From Candidatus Poribacteria bacterium (GTDB lineage: Bacteria > Poribacteria > WGA-4E > WGA-3G): DNA of 64,000 nucleotides. The first letter of the stretch is position 1. Each line of letters begins with the position of its first letter. Below are positions 20,229 to 29,189 of the stretch, one piece after another. The stretch covers positions 4,800,001 to 4,864,000 of the forward strand of contig OZ251518.1 of assembly GCA_965242965.1 (NCBI GenBank), in the 5' to 3' direction. The translations under genes were made by a program, and so were the position numbers. The notes beneath the pieces were generated by a model. That model saw nothing but the letters and a program-made list of their open reading frames with translations, was not told the DNA's origin and did not search any database.

Positions 20229-21405
20229 CAGCGGTTCCGGCATCGGCGGTGGGCAACGGAGTCTGCTACTGCTGATAAGCCGGTTAGATAAAAACCGTTT
20301 TCGTCCTTTTGTCGGATGCATGAGTGACAGCCCCTTTTCCGCAGAAGTGGCGAAGACAGATGCGCATGTCGTGCCGTTGTCTCTCCCCGCGGCGCACAAT
20401 AAACTGGACAGAACAGATAGGACGCGGCGGTTTACCTTCCGTGATATTCTGAACGATTTAGGGCATCTCCGGGCGATTTATCAAATTCATCGCGCTGTGA
20501 AAAAGCACGAAATTGAACTCATCCACGCCAACTCACTCTCCGTGGCACTGCTCGGCGGCATCGTGGCGAGATGGCACCGCATCCCGATTGTGATGCATAA
20601 ACGGTATGCCACCTCTTACGGCATTTTGGACAAGGTATGTGAAAGGCTCCTGCATCGCGTGATTCTGGTTTCGGAGGCAACGCGATGGGATTTCGCGCCA
20701 GAAAAAAAGCAGTCCTTAATCTATAACGGGGTTGATTTAGCGGCTTTTCAGGCGACAGAGACAGAGGTGGAAACGCTTCGCGCGGAACTCTTATCCACAT
20801 CCGCAGGCGCGCTTGGGAAGCACGGTGCTACAATAATCGCAGGTGTCGTCACCCGAATTACGCCAGAAAAGGGCATCCACTTTCTAGTCCGAGCAATGGC
20901 GGAACTGAAGCGTAAGGACAGATTTCCACATTTGTCCGACATCAAACTCCTCATCGTCGGCGGCCCCTATTTTCAGAAGGACCGCGGTTATATGGCATCG
21001 CTTGAGCAAGAAGTCGCGGATTTAGGCGTTGCAGACAGCGTCATCTTCACCGGATTCTTACCCGATACGCGCGTCGTCACCTCACTGCTGGACATCGTGC
21101 TGGTGCCGTCTATTATTCCTGAGGCATGCCCGCGCACGATTATTGAGGCGATGGCGGTAGGCAAACCTGTCATCGCTACGCCGCTCGGTGGGAGTAAAGA
21201 ATTGGTTACGCCAGAAACGGGGCTGTTGGTGCCGCCCGAAGATGCCTCGGCGATTGCTTCTGCAATTGCGACGTTGGCAGCCGACCGGGGAAGGTTAACG
21301 GCAATGGGAGAGGCGGCGCGCTTACGTGCAGAGGAGTTGTTTAGCAGTGAGAAGAATACGGTGTTAACGGAGACGGTTTATACGGAATTGTTAATGGGCA
21401 AATAG
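20185..21405 (+). CDS. Glycosyltransferase family 4
   Basis: GGGQRS, EKG, PS..PEACP..IIEAMAVGKPVIAT. Confidence 0.92.
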   Translation: MKTSDTSRCNILYLDSGSGIGGGQRSLLLLISRLDKNRFRPFVGCMSDSPFSAEVAKTDAHVVPLSLPAAHNKLDRTDRTRRFTFRDILNDLGHLRAIYQIHRAVKKHEIELIHANSLSVALLGGIVARWHRIPIVMHKRYATSYGILDKVCERLLHRVILVSEATRWDFAPEKKQSLIYNGVDLAAFQATETEVETLRAELLSTSAGALGKHGATIIAGVVTRITPEKGIHFLVRAMAELKRKDRFPHLSDIKLLIVGGPYFQKDRGYMASLEQEVADLGVADSVIFTGFLPDTRVVTSLLDIVLVPSIIPEACPRTIIEAMAVGKPVIATPLGGSKELVTPETGLLVPPEDASAIASAIATLAADRGRLTAMGEAARLRAEELFSSEKNTVLTETVYTELLMGK

Positions 21406-21488
21406 AGCAGAATCGCCACCGCCTCCGTGGGACGAGGGACAGGCCCTCGCCCTACGAGCCCGGAACTCTCGTCAGAGATGAATTCGCA

Positions 21489-22298
21489 TTAGACAAGCGT
21501 CTTCAGAAAATCGATGCTCCGCTTCGCAATCGTCTTCGGCTCGGGTTTGAAATCAAACACTTCCGTTGAGACATAGCCGCTGTAATTAATCGCCTCCAAC
21601 GCCTCAATGATAGGCGGATAGTCAACGTTACCGGAACCGGGGAGGTAGCCGTTGTCGTCATTGGAGTGGAAGTGCGCGACGTGCGGCGCGCAGTTATGAA
21701 TCTGCGTCGGCATGTCCAAACCTTCCTTCGCAGTGCTGCAGACATCCAGAATCATCTGGAAATTCGGGTGATTGACAGCGTTTACCATCTCCACCGCCGT
21801 GTCGGGGTTCGTGATAAAGTTTGTCTGATCGCTGGATAACGGTTCCATGCAAAGCATCACGTCTTTGTCGCCTGCGAGTGCTGCGCCTTCGGTGAACGTC
21901 TCGCGGGCGTAGTCCCACGCCTCTTCAAAAGAGAGGGGTTCCATGACGTTCCGTTGTTGCGGTGAACCGATTACCATGACGCGGCCGCCTAAATCGGCGC
22001 ACAATTGAATCAGCGCGAGGAAATAGTCCCGCGTTTCGTTCCGAATCTCTGCATCGGGGTGATTGATATAGAGTCCCGGTGGTGAGACGAGCAGCCAGTG
22101 GAGTCCGGCGATTTCTATCTGCGCGGTTTCGGCGGCTTTTCGGATGCGTGCGCGTTCGGTTTGGCTGATGTCTAGCACTGAGTCTGCCAGCGTAAACGGC
22201 GCGATTTCAACTGCTTCGTAGCCGAGCTCAGCGGTGTAGGTAAAAACGTCCTCAATCTTCCAATTTTCAAACATTTCGTTGCATATCGCGAGTTTCAT
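21489..22298 (-). CDS. Sugar phosphate isomerase/epimerase (D-tagatose 3-epimerase-like TIM barrel)
   Basis: GYEAVEI, MEPL, HFHSND, PGSG, Y.GYVSTEVF. Confidence 0.88.
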   Translation of the reverse strand: MKLAICNEMFENWKIEDVFTYTAELGYEAVEIAPFTLADSVLDISQTERARIRKAAETAQIEIAGLHWLLVSPPGLYINHPDAEIRNETRDYFLALIQLCADLGGRVMVIGSPQQRNVMEPLSFEEAWDYARETFTEGAALAGDKDVMLCMEPLSSDQTNFITNPDTAVEMVNAVNHPNFQMILDVCSTAKEGLDMPTQIHNCAPHVAHFHSNDDNGYLPGSGNVDYPPIIEALEAINYSGYVSTEVFDFKPEPKTIAKRSIDFLKTLV

Positions 22299-22356
22299 TT
22301 TCTTCTCCTATTGCGGGATGTGAGGCGGCGCGGTGTCGCACCGCGCCGCCGGTGGC

Positions 22357-22590
22357 TTAGTTCAAGTATTCATCCAAAACCTTCTTGAAGTCGTCCGGGG
22401 AACCTGCTAGCATCGCTGCCCGATGCAACTCAGTCAGATGCTCCAAATCTTCAATACGCTCCAAACTCGGTTTGAACCGGTATGCGATTTCAGGGTGCAG
22501 CCGAATCTCCAGCACCTGAAGGATGGCCTCTCGTCCTCCCTCCCTCATGGCGGGCGCGGCCAAGTATTCGTAAAGATCAGATTCGTGCAT
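22357..22590 (-). CDS. Stand-alone Rpn C-terminal domain copy 3 (RpnS-like, 77 aa)
   Basis: MHESDLY... homologous to Rpn C-terminus; GAGG..cacaccATG translation start. Confidence 0.8.
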   Translation of the reverse strand: MHESDLYEYLAAPAMREGGREAILQVLEIRLHPEIAYRFKPSLERIEDLEHLTELHRAAMLAGSPDDFKKVLDEYLN

Positions 22591-22648
22591 GGTGTGCTTA
22601 CCTCAATGAAGATGAGGCGGCGCGGTGTCGCACCGCGCCGCCGGTGGT

Positions 22649-22882
22649 TTAGTTTGAGTGTTCATCCAAAACTTTCTGAAAGTCGTCCGGGGAATCTGCC
22701 AAGGCAGCCCCACGGAGCAGCTTGCTGAGGTGTTCCAAATCTTCAATGCCTTCCAAACTCGGTTTGAACCGGTATGCGATTTCAGGGTGCAGCCGAATCT
22801 CCAGCACCTGAAGGATATCTTGCAAGGCGCGTTCTCGGGCGGCGGGCGCGGCCAAGGATTCGTAGAGATCAGATTCGTGCAT
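22649..22882 (-). CDS. Stand-alone Rpn C-terminal domain copy 2 (RpnS-like, 77 aa)
   Basis: Same length and start context; 292-bp period. Confidence 0.8.
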   Translation of the reverse strand: MHESDLYESLAAPAARERALQDILQVLEIRLHPEIAYRFKPSLEGIEDLEHLSKLLRGAALADSPDDFQKVLDEHSN

Positions 22883-22940
22883 GGTGTGCTTCCCTCAATG
22901 AAGGCGAGGCGGCGCGGTGTCGCATCGCGCCGCCAACGGT

Positions 22941-23174
22941 TTATTCGCCGGTTGCGTCCAAAACTTTCTGGAAGTCGTCCGGGGAATCTGCCAGAACCGC
23001 TGCACTAAACAATTCGTTTAGGCGTTGCATGTCGTCAATGGGCTCCAGACTGGGTTTGAATAAGCGCGCCGTTTCGGGTTGTAATCGGAGTTCTAGTGCC
23101 CGAAGGATATCTTGCAAGGCGCGTTCGCGGGCGGCGGGCGCGCTCAAGGATTCGTAGAGATCAGATTCGTGCAT
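22941..23174 (-). CDS. Stand-alone Rpn C-terminal domain copy 1 (RpnS-like, 77 aa)
   Basis: Same length and start context; most divergent copy. Confidence 0.8.
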   Translation of the reverse strand: MHESDLYESLSAPAARERALQDILRALELRLQPETARLFKPSLEPIDDMQRLNELFSAAVLADSPDDFQKVLDATGE

Positions 23175-23232
23175 GGTGTGCTTACCTCAATGAAGGTGAG
23201 GCGGCGCGGTGTCGCACCGCGCCGCCGGTGGT

Positions 23233-23466
23233 TTAGTTTGAGTGTTCGTCCAAAACTTTCTGGAAGTCGTCCGGGGAACCTGCTAGGACAGCTGCACGGA
23301 GCAGCTTGCTGAGGTACTCCAAATCTTCAATGCCTTCCAAACTCGGTTTGAACCGTTGCGCCTCTTCAGGCTGCAGCCGAATCTCCAGCACCTGAAGGAT
23401 GTCCTCTCGTCGTCCCTCCCTTAAGACGTGCGCGCCCACGTGTTGGTAAAGATCGGATTCGTGCAT
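23233..23466 (-). CDS. Internal in-frame ORF (RpnS-like) inside the Rpn gene
   Basis: AGGAGG-cacacc-ATG inside the gene; gives the same 77-aa product length as the three downstream copies. Confidence 0.75.
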   Translation of the reverse strand: MHESDLYQHVGAHVLREGRREDILQVLEIRLQPEEAQRFKPSLEGIEDLEYLSKLLRAAVLAGSPDDFQKVLDEHSN

Positions 23467-24111
23467 GGTGTGCCTCCTAATCATTTCCAAAATTTGCTCT
23501 TTCTCATAATCCAAATTGCCCAACATCGCCATGCCACCGAGGTAGGCTAGCTTGTCCGGCACTTCAAGGCTATCCGCGGTCTGGATGCACCGCCGTAACC
23601 ACTCATCCTTGTCCACATCAGCGGGCCGCTTCATCAGCGGCGTGAAGGGAATTAACCCCGTAGTTTTCGCATCCAAAATTGGCTGGCCGTCCATTTCGGC
23701 GAGCCGAACAACTTCATATTCAACCAGAACCTGATTGCCAGGGAGGTTCTGCTCAAATTTGCCCGGGTCGTTTCGCCCCGCGTCGGGACGAAGATAGACG
23801 ACGGTGGAGTAAACATCCATCCTGTAAGTTTCGATCAGCAGGAGGATGTAGACTGCCATGCGGAGAGCCATCGGCGGATCGAAACTGTCCGCGGTTTGAA
23901 ACTCGATGTGGACTAAGACATATTTGCCTCGGAATTTCACCTTGATGAGGACATCTGCCTGATGCATGACAACATCCGGAATTTCAGGCGAGATGACTTC
24001 AACATCGGTTAAATCCTCCACAGCGAGATTTCGCAGGTTGAAGCAGAGACGCACGAAATCTAGTGGATTTTCTTGCGCCTGCTTTTTAGAGGTGCTATCA
24101 AAAATTGCCAT
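23233..24111 (-). CDS. Rpn family recombination-promoting nuclease / PD-(D/E)xK protein
   Basis: ADVL...HIEFQT, MALRM..Y, VVYLRP, LIPFTPLM; SD GGAG before ATG 24111. Confidence 0.88.
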   Translation of the reverse strand: MAIFDSTSKKQAQENPLDFVRLCFNLRNLAVEDLTDVEVISPEIPDVVMHQADVLIKVKFRGKYVLVHIEFQTADSFDPPMALRMAVYILLLIETYRMDVYSTVVYLRPDAGRNDPGKFEQNLPGNQVLVEYEVVRLAEMDGQPILDAKTTGLIPFTPLMKRPADVDKDEWLRRCIQTADSLEVPDKLAYLGGMAMLGNLDYEKEQILEMIRRHTMHESDLYQHVGAHVLREGRREDILQVLEIRLQPEEAQRFKPSLEGIEDLEYLSKLLRAAVLAGSPDDFQKVLDEHSN

Positions 24112-24168
24112 CCTTACTCCTGTTTGGCGGCGCGATTTCCGCACCACGCCGCAATTGTTTCTCTGTTA

Positions 24169-24254
24169 ATTATACACTACGTTCGCGGATAATGTCAACC
24201 CTTTTTTTATACCTACGAAAAATCCCTTGACAATACCCCGAATATCTGTATAAT
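24169..24254. promoter_or_regulatory. Divergent sigma70 promoters
   Basis: Minus: TTGACA(24198-24193)-18-TATAAT; plus: TTGACA(24227)-16-TATAAT(24249). Confidence 0.7.
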
Positions 24255-24289
24255 AAGCACATATCACCCACGAAAAATGGAGAAACAAA

Positions 24290-25138
24290 ATGGGATACAC
24301 TTTCGATCCGAACGCAATGTATCGGATGCCCACGCATTTTGGACCGAGGACTGGCCCCAGATTCGGACCCGAGGGCAGAAAATTTGAGTGTAAGGACAAC
24401 CCAAAGTCCACATCGATTTCGGTGAGTTTCCTGACGAACAGCGAACAACTAGAGGCTTTCCTACCCCCAGGTTTCGCGCTCAATGGCGAACCCGTTGTAT
24501 CGGTGTCAGGCGGCTATATGAAGGAGATCGAGTGGCTGGCAGGCCGCGGCTATAACACACTGGGTGTCAGTTTCCCCGTGGTTTTCAACGGCGAAGTAGA
24601 TCGCGCTACCGGCTCTCTTTTGACGGTGCTCTGGGAGAACCTCACAGACCCGATTTTGACCGGGCGCGAGGAACTCGGCTTCTCGAAAATTTACTGTGAA
24701 CTCCCGGAACCGCTCACGTTCAAAGGCGAGACGCACTGCACCGCCAGCTGGCTCGGTTTTAAGTTTATGGACATGCACGTGCGCGCGATGGAACAAGTGC
24801 CTGTCCCGAATTCGCCATCACCGCCGAAGCAAACCAACGCCGAACAACCGCTCACCGGCACATTGCACTATAAATACATGCCGCGGACGGGGGAATGGGG
24901 CACTGCCGATGTTGCGTATGCGGTGCTAACACCGGCAAGCACGCCGAATCGCGTCGTTAAAGAACATTGGCGCGGCGAAGGCACGGTGCAATTCCATAAG
25001 GCGCGCTGGGAAGATCTGCCGACGCAGTATAACATTGTCAACGCGTTCCACGCTCTTGAAGTTATAGAGTGGCGTGGCGCGTCTATTGTGAAAACAGTCG
25101 GCGGCAAAGATCTACGCGACCAGCGGATTCTGCGGTAA
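24290..25138 (+). CDS. Acetoacetate decarboxylase-like superfamily protein
   Basis: LPPGF, GRGYN, 'PILTGREELGFSK' motif. Confidence 0.85.
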   Translation: MGYTFDPNAMYRMPTHFGPRTGPRFGPEGRKFECKDNPKSTSISVSFLTNSEQLEAFLPPGFALNGEPVVSVSGGYMKEIEWLAGRGYNTLGVSFPVVFNGEVDRATGSLLTVLWENLTDPILTGREELGFSKIYCELPEPLTFKGETHCTASWLGFKFMDMHVRAMEQVPVPNSPSPPKQTNAEQPLTGTLHYKYMPRTGEWGTADVAYAVLTPASTPNRVVKEHWRGEGTVQFHKARWEDLPTQYNIVNAFHALEVIEWRGASIVKTVGGKDLRDQRILR

Positions 25139-25149
25139 TGATTTTTTGT

Positions 25150-25343
25150 TGTTCGCGAGGCACTCCTGTCCCTCGCCATCGTTTTGCTGTCAGACCGCAT
25201 CACTCCTGTAGTTCAGGATCGCCTGCTCCTGACCCGTTCGGGAGCAGGCGCTCCCGAACTACAGAGGTGGGCCCAATGTCTTCCGGTATTCGCCTGCCCT
25301 CCAAAGGGGGATAACTACCGAAACGGAGTTATGAAACACCCTC
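25150..25343. repeat. REP hairpins plus an orphan TIR end
   Basis: gtagttcaggatcgcc..., ends with acggagttatgaaacaccctc. Confidence 0.7.
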
Positions 25344-25345
25344 AA

Positions 25346-26182
25346 TCAGTCCATCACGCTGCCGCCCGCGACGGTGACAGATAACCCAGTCAGATACGCG
25401 GCTTCTTCGGAGGCGAGGAATGCGGCCATGTTCGCCACGTCCGCGCCTTCGGCGAGCCGTCCTAACGGCACCGATGCCTCCGCGCGCCGCGCAAACTCAT
25501 CACGTTGCTCATCGGCGGAGAGCGATGCCGACATTAAGGCGGATGCCAGATGGCCGACACGCTCTGTATCTACAAGGCTTGGACAGATGGCGTTGACGTT
25601 CACGCCGTGCGGCGCGAGCTCATACGCAAGCGACTGCGTTAACCCGATAACGGCGAATTTTGATGCACTATAGGCCGCATAGCGCGCCGAACCGCGTTTT
25701 CCGGTCACAGACGAGAGATTGATAATCTTGCCGCCGGTCCCTTGCGAAATCAGGCGGCGTGCTACGGCTTGGCAGCAGAGGAACACGCCTTTCACGTTAA
25801 CGCGCTGCACTCTATCCCATTCTTCTTCGGCGAGTTCAACGATAGGCACCCGGTCCTTCCCGGCGATGGTTCCGGCGTTGTTGACAAGGATGTCGATTTT
25901 CCCGAAGTGCGCCGCAGTCTTGTCTACCATCTCGGCTACCTGCGCTGCATCTGAAACATCGGCGACGACGCTGAGGGCGCGCTGCCCCATCGCTTCGATC
26001 TCGCGGACGACATCTGGCAAGCCTTGCCATTCCGTTTCATTCGCGGCGTAAGGATGCGCGGTGATGTCGTTGACGGCTAGGTCTGCGCCTTCTTTCGCTA
26101 AGCGGGTGGCGATGGCGCGGCCGATGCCGTTTTTGCCGCCCGCGCCTGTCACCAAGGCGACTTTTCCGTTTAGGTTATACAT
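25346..26182 (-). CDS. Short-chain dehydrogenase/reductase (SDR)
   Basis: TGAGGKNGIG, NNAG, YSASK. Confidence 0.95.
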   Translation of the reverse strand: MYNLNGKVALVTGAGGKNGIGRAIATRLAKEGADLAVNDITAHPYAANETEWQGLPDVVREIEAMGQRALSVVADVSDAAQVAEMVDKTAAHFGKIDILVNNAGTIAGKDRVPIVELAEEEWDRVQRVNVKGVFLCCQAVARRLISQGTGGKIINLSSVTGKRGSARYAAYSASKFAVIGLTQSLAYELAPHGVNVNAICPSLVDTERVGHLASALMSASLSADEQRDEFARRAEASVPLGRLAEGADVANMAAFLASEEAAYLTGLSVTVAGGSVMD

Positions 26183-26204
26183 TTGGTTACCTCTTTATTC
26201 GGTA

Positions 26205-26480
26205 GATCGCGAGGGACAGGCCCTCGCGCTACGGTTAAGGGACAGCATGCAAGGGACAGGCCCTCGCGCTACGGGGAAAAACGCTGTCCTTTCACGGAAC
26301 GATCGCGAGGGACAGGCCCTCGCGCTACGGGAAAAACGCCGTCACGTTACGTAGGGCGGGGGCCTGTCCCCCGCCATGCTGCGGTCCACCGGAAACTCGC
26401 GAGGGACAGGCCCTCGCGCTACCGGAAAAAAACGCTGTCCTTTCACGGAACGATCGCGAGGGACAGGCCCTCGCGCTACG
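26205..26480. repeat. GTAG-REP hairpin cluster
   Basis: Repeated cgagggacaggccctcgcgctac. Confidence 0.9.
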
Positions 26481-26499
26481 CGAAAAAAACGCGCCCCTG

Positions 26500-28428
26500 C
26501 TACGGAGACCAGAGCACATACGTCGGAATACCGAACAACGTGCCGAGTAATGCCCACAACCCAACGAACACATAATCGCCCATGACTAAACCCAAAAAGA
26601 ACGGAATCGCGCGTTGGTGCATCCGCAAACCGAAGATGGTAATAATGATAAACTTCACTAGCCAGCCGAGGAAAACCGAGAACCAGAAATCGGCGAGCCC
26701 ACCCCATGTCGCCGCTGTCATCACATACCCGATCGGATGAAAGGGCCACCACATAAATTTATGTCGCAGGAAATAGAGGAACCCTGTCATCACTGCGCCG
26801 ATGCCCATGGACTGCGTGCCGCCCCAGTCCGGTCCGGTAGGATTGTTGATCCACCGTTCCAAGCGTCTGCCGAAGACTTCTTCGCCGATGCCGACGATAT
26901 AGCCATGCACCGCCAATGCCCCGGTCTCGTATAGCAGGTAAAGGAACGCCCAAAACGAGGCGAGCGTGCCGATGATAATAGCGAACATCATCACCCAGAC
27001 GAGTTTTCGGCTGTTTATTCCGGCGCGTTCGGCGAGTTTGAAACCTTCCAACTGATTCGGCATTGGATGCGAGACGTTCAACCGATTCAGCCAATAGTAG
27101 AAGGAGATTATTGTCAAGTTGCCGGTGCCGACAAAGCGTGGGCCAAACGTGACTGCCATTAATCGGGCCGGGTCCAACGCGAGGATCTCGTGCGAGGGGG
27201 GACCGAATTCGGCGCGCACGCGTGTCACGCCGAGTGCCATCAGCGTGAAGATGACGATAAAACCGAGAACGCCGCCTAATGACATGCCTGCCTGTATTGA
27301 AAACAGCGTTAGCCCGATGCATCCTAGCACGAGCCCGAAGACAGCCGTTCGGTAAGGCATCGGTTCGTCTGAATCGTCAAGCGTTTTCTTGGCAGAGAAA
27401 CAGTTGCGGATAACGTCCCCTAGATGTCGGCGTGTTCCCCATAATGCGAGAATGCCGACAGCGAGCCACGCGCCGCCGGCGCGTTCCGCAAAATAGAGTT
27501 CCCCTTCGCCGAGCATCCCGACGCGGATAACCCGTTCCGCCTTCCCGAATAGGTAGAAAAACCACGCCGACATCGAAATATCCAACGGCACGAAGAACGT
27601 CAAGCCAATGATAAACGGGTAGGCAGATAGCGATATCCACCCGATAGCGTTCCAAGGTTTGTCGGTGAAGAGATGTGTGATTGAGTAGTAGTTGAGTTGG
27701 ATGGATGGCACTTGTGGAAAGAGGTAACTCAGCCCGGAGAGCAGTTCAATAAACCCGGCGACTGCGAACCCTATCCACATCGTGCCGTTTTTGTAAAAAC
27801 TTTTGCGTCCCTCTGCCATCTGAAGTGGGAGTTGGATGATGGGATACGCGAGTTTTTCGCGTTCTGTCCACTGCACCCGGATAATCGTGTTGAGGCAGAT
27901 GAGCGTGAACCACAGCACGGCGACGAAGCCTGTCCAGACGAAAATCGGGATAGCCCACCCGCGCAAATGCTTGGGGAGATGGAACGTGGAATCGCCCTCG
28001 AAATAGGCATCTAACGCGCTGTTGTCCGGGACGAACCACGTTGGAATGTAACGCCAGAAGAGTGCCGCCCATTCATTTTCCGGCGTGGCAAATCGGAAGG
28101 GATGCGCCAGTGTGCCGACGAGGAACGTCATCATGGAATGGCCGCCGATGGTGGATACCATGACAACCATGATATAGATGACGAGCAGTTCCTGCGGTGT
28201 CAACGCGTTGCGAGGCGCGAGGCTCTTCCACAGCATGTTGACAGCGATAATAGCAAACAACGTGAAAATTGCATTGAAGAAGAGCGAGACGAAGTTGAGC
28301 AGGAACTGCGGTTGAATCATCTCCGCGGCATAAGCGAGCCAATAGGCGTTCCCGATGACGAGGAACGTCCCGACAAGCAGCGCGCGGAGAGTGATTCCAG
28401 AGGTGTGGGCGGCCTGGCGTTTTCGCAT
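26500..28428 (-). CDS. Multi-TM membrane protein (DUF6785/DUF6784, putative transporter)
   Basis: Many TM segments; 'QWTEREKLAYPI', 'WWPFHPIGY', 'PFFLGLVMGD'; TAATG-coupled to upstream gene. Confidence 0.8.
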   Translation of the reverse strand: MRKRQAAHTSGITLRALLVGTFLVIGNAYWLAYAAEMIQPQFLLNFVSLFFNAIFTLFAIIAVNMLWKSLAPRNALTPQELLVIYIMVVMVSTIGGHSMMTFLVGTLAHPFRFATPENEWAALFWRYIPTWFVPDNSALDAYFEGDSTFHLPKHLRGWAIPIFVWTGFVAVLWFTLICLNTIIRVQWTEREKLAYPIIQLPLQMAEGRKSFYKNGTMWIGFAVAGFIELLSGLSYLFPQVPSIQLNYYSITHLFTDKPWNAIGWISLSAYPFIIGLTFFVPLDISMSAWFFYLFGKAERVIRVGMLGEGELYFAERAGGAWLAVGILALWGTRRHLGDVIRNCFSAKKTLDDSDEPMPYRTAVFGLVLGCIGLTLFSIQAGMSLGGVLGFIVIFTLMALGVTRVRAEFGPPSHEILALDPARLMAVTFGPRFVGTGNLTIISFYYWLNRLNVSHPMPNQLEGFKLAERAGINSRKLVWVMMFAIIIGTLASFWAFLYLLYETGALAVHGYIVGIGEEVFGRRLERWINNPTGPDWGGTQSMGIGAVMTGFLYFLRHKFMWWPFHPIGYVMTAATWGGLADFWFSVFLGWLVKFIIITIFGLRMHQRAIPFFLGLVMGDYVFVGLWALLGTLFGIPTYVLWSP

Positions 28429-29189
28429 TATTGCTTGAGTGCACCCCATGTCAAAGCGAGTTTGCCGGGTGCCGTCACGGCGAGGATTTCATCGTCAAAA
28501 ATGAGATCTCCGTAGAAGAGCCCGTCCCAAGCCCCACCGGGCATCCAACCGATCTGGTGCTCGCGCTTCCCGTTCTCACAATCGTTCATGTGGAAACTGA
28601 GCCCAATCGTCAATCCATCTTTCGCCTTAAAATCCTTTCCCTTCGCCGGATTTGCGAACTGCGGGTTGCCGCGCGGTTTCGTCGGATCTATGGCGACTTC
28701 GTAGATGTAGTCGTTGCCGTTCTTGATAAGCACCCATTCCGTGTTTTCCTCGGATGCGGCGGCGGATAAATCCTCCCCGTTCGCGCCGAGTGTCCACTGA
28801 ACGAGGCTTTCTCGAACCATGCCGTTGTCAAAATCGAACATAAACTCCACGCTATCGTCCTCCCACCACTTGTTATCAGGCGGGAAGATGTCTTGGAGTT
28901 TATCATCGGTGATTTCGACGGCGAAGTAGATGCGGGTTGCGTCTTGCGCGCTCCATGCGACGCGCCCTTGCCCGGTGAAGTCACTCGCCTTCGGGAGGCC
29001 AGCACCGACATCTTTCAGTTCATCAAAAGCGACAATCTCCGCGCGCTTCCACTCATTGAGGTCTCCGTCTACCTTCAGATTGGTAATCTGCTTGGCGACA
29101 TACTGTTTATCGCGCTTGGCGGCATCGGATAGGTTAGCGATGCAAAATATCAGCGCGAATGCTGTTGCAATGATAATAAATTTTTTCAT
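28428..29189 (-). CDS. Secreted sugar-binding (CBM9/DOMON-like) protein with TWG tail
   Basis: Signal peptide MKKFIIIA..., VDGDLNEW, IYFAVEITDD, DSVEF; C-terminal GKLALTWGALKQ. Confidence 0.8.
   Translation of the reverse strand: MKKFIIIATAFALIFCIANLSDAAKRDKQYVAKQITNLKVDGDLNEWKRAEIVAFDELKDVGAGLPKASDFTGQGRVAWSAQDATRIYFAVEITDDKLQDIFPPDNKWWEDDSVEFMFDFDNGMVRESLVQWTLGANGEDLSAAASEENTEWVLIKNGNDYIYEVAIDPTKPRGNPQFANPAKGKDFKAKDGLTIGLSFHMNDCENGKREHQIGWMPGGAWDGLFYGDLIFDDEILAVTAPGKLALTWGALKQ

Larger units (their letters stand above)
22324..23232. repeat. Four GC-rich hairpins, one after each 292-bp unit
   Basis: ggcggcgcggtg-tcg-caccgcgccgcc at ~22324, ~22616, ~22908 (one mismatch), ~23200. Confidence 0.85.

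Noticed and set aside
22324-23466. CRISPR array interpretation of regularly spaced hairpins
   Set aside because: The 'spacers' are 234-bp homologous ORFs, not unique 30-40 bp sequences, and there are no cas genes.
22357-23466. Diversity-generating retroelement as the source of cassette variation
   Set aside because: No reverse transcriptase, and the differences are block-like and not obviously adenine-specific.
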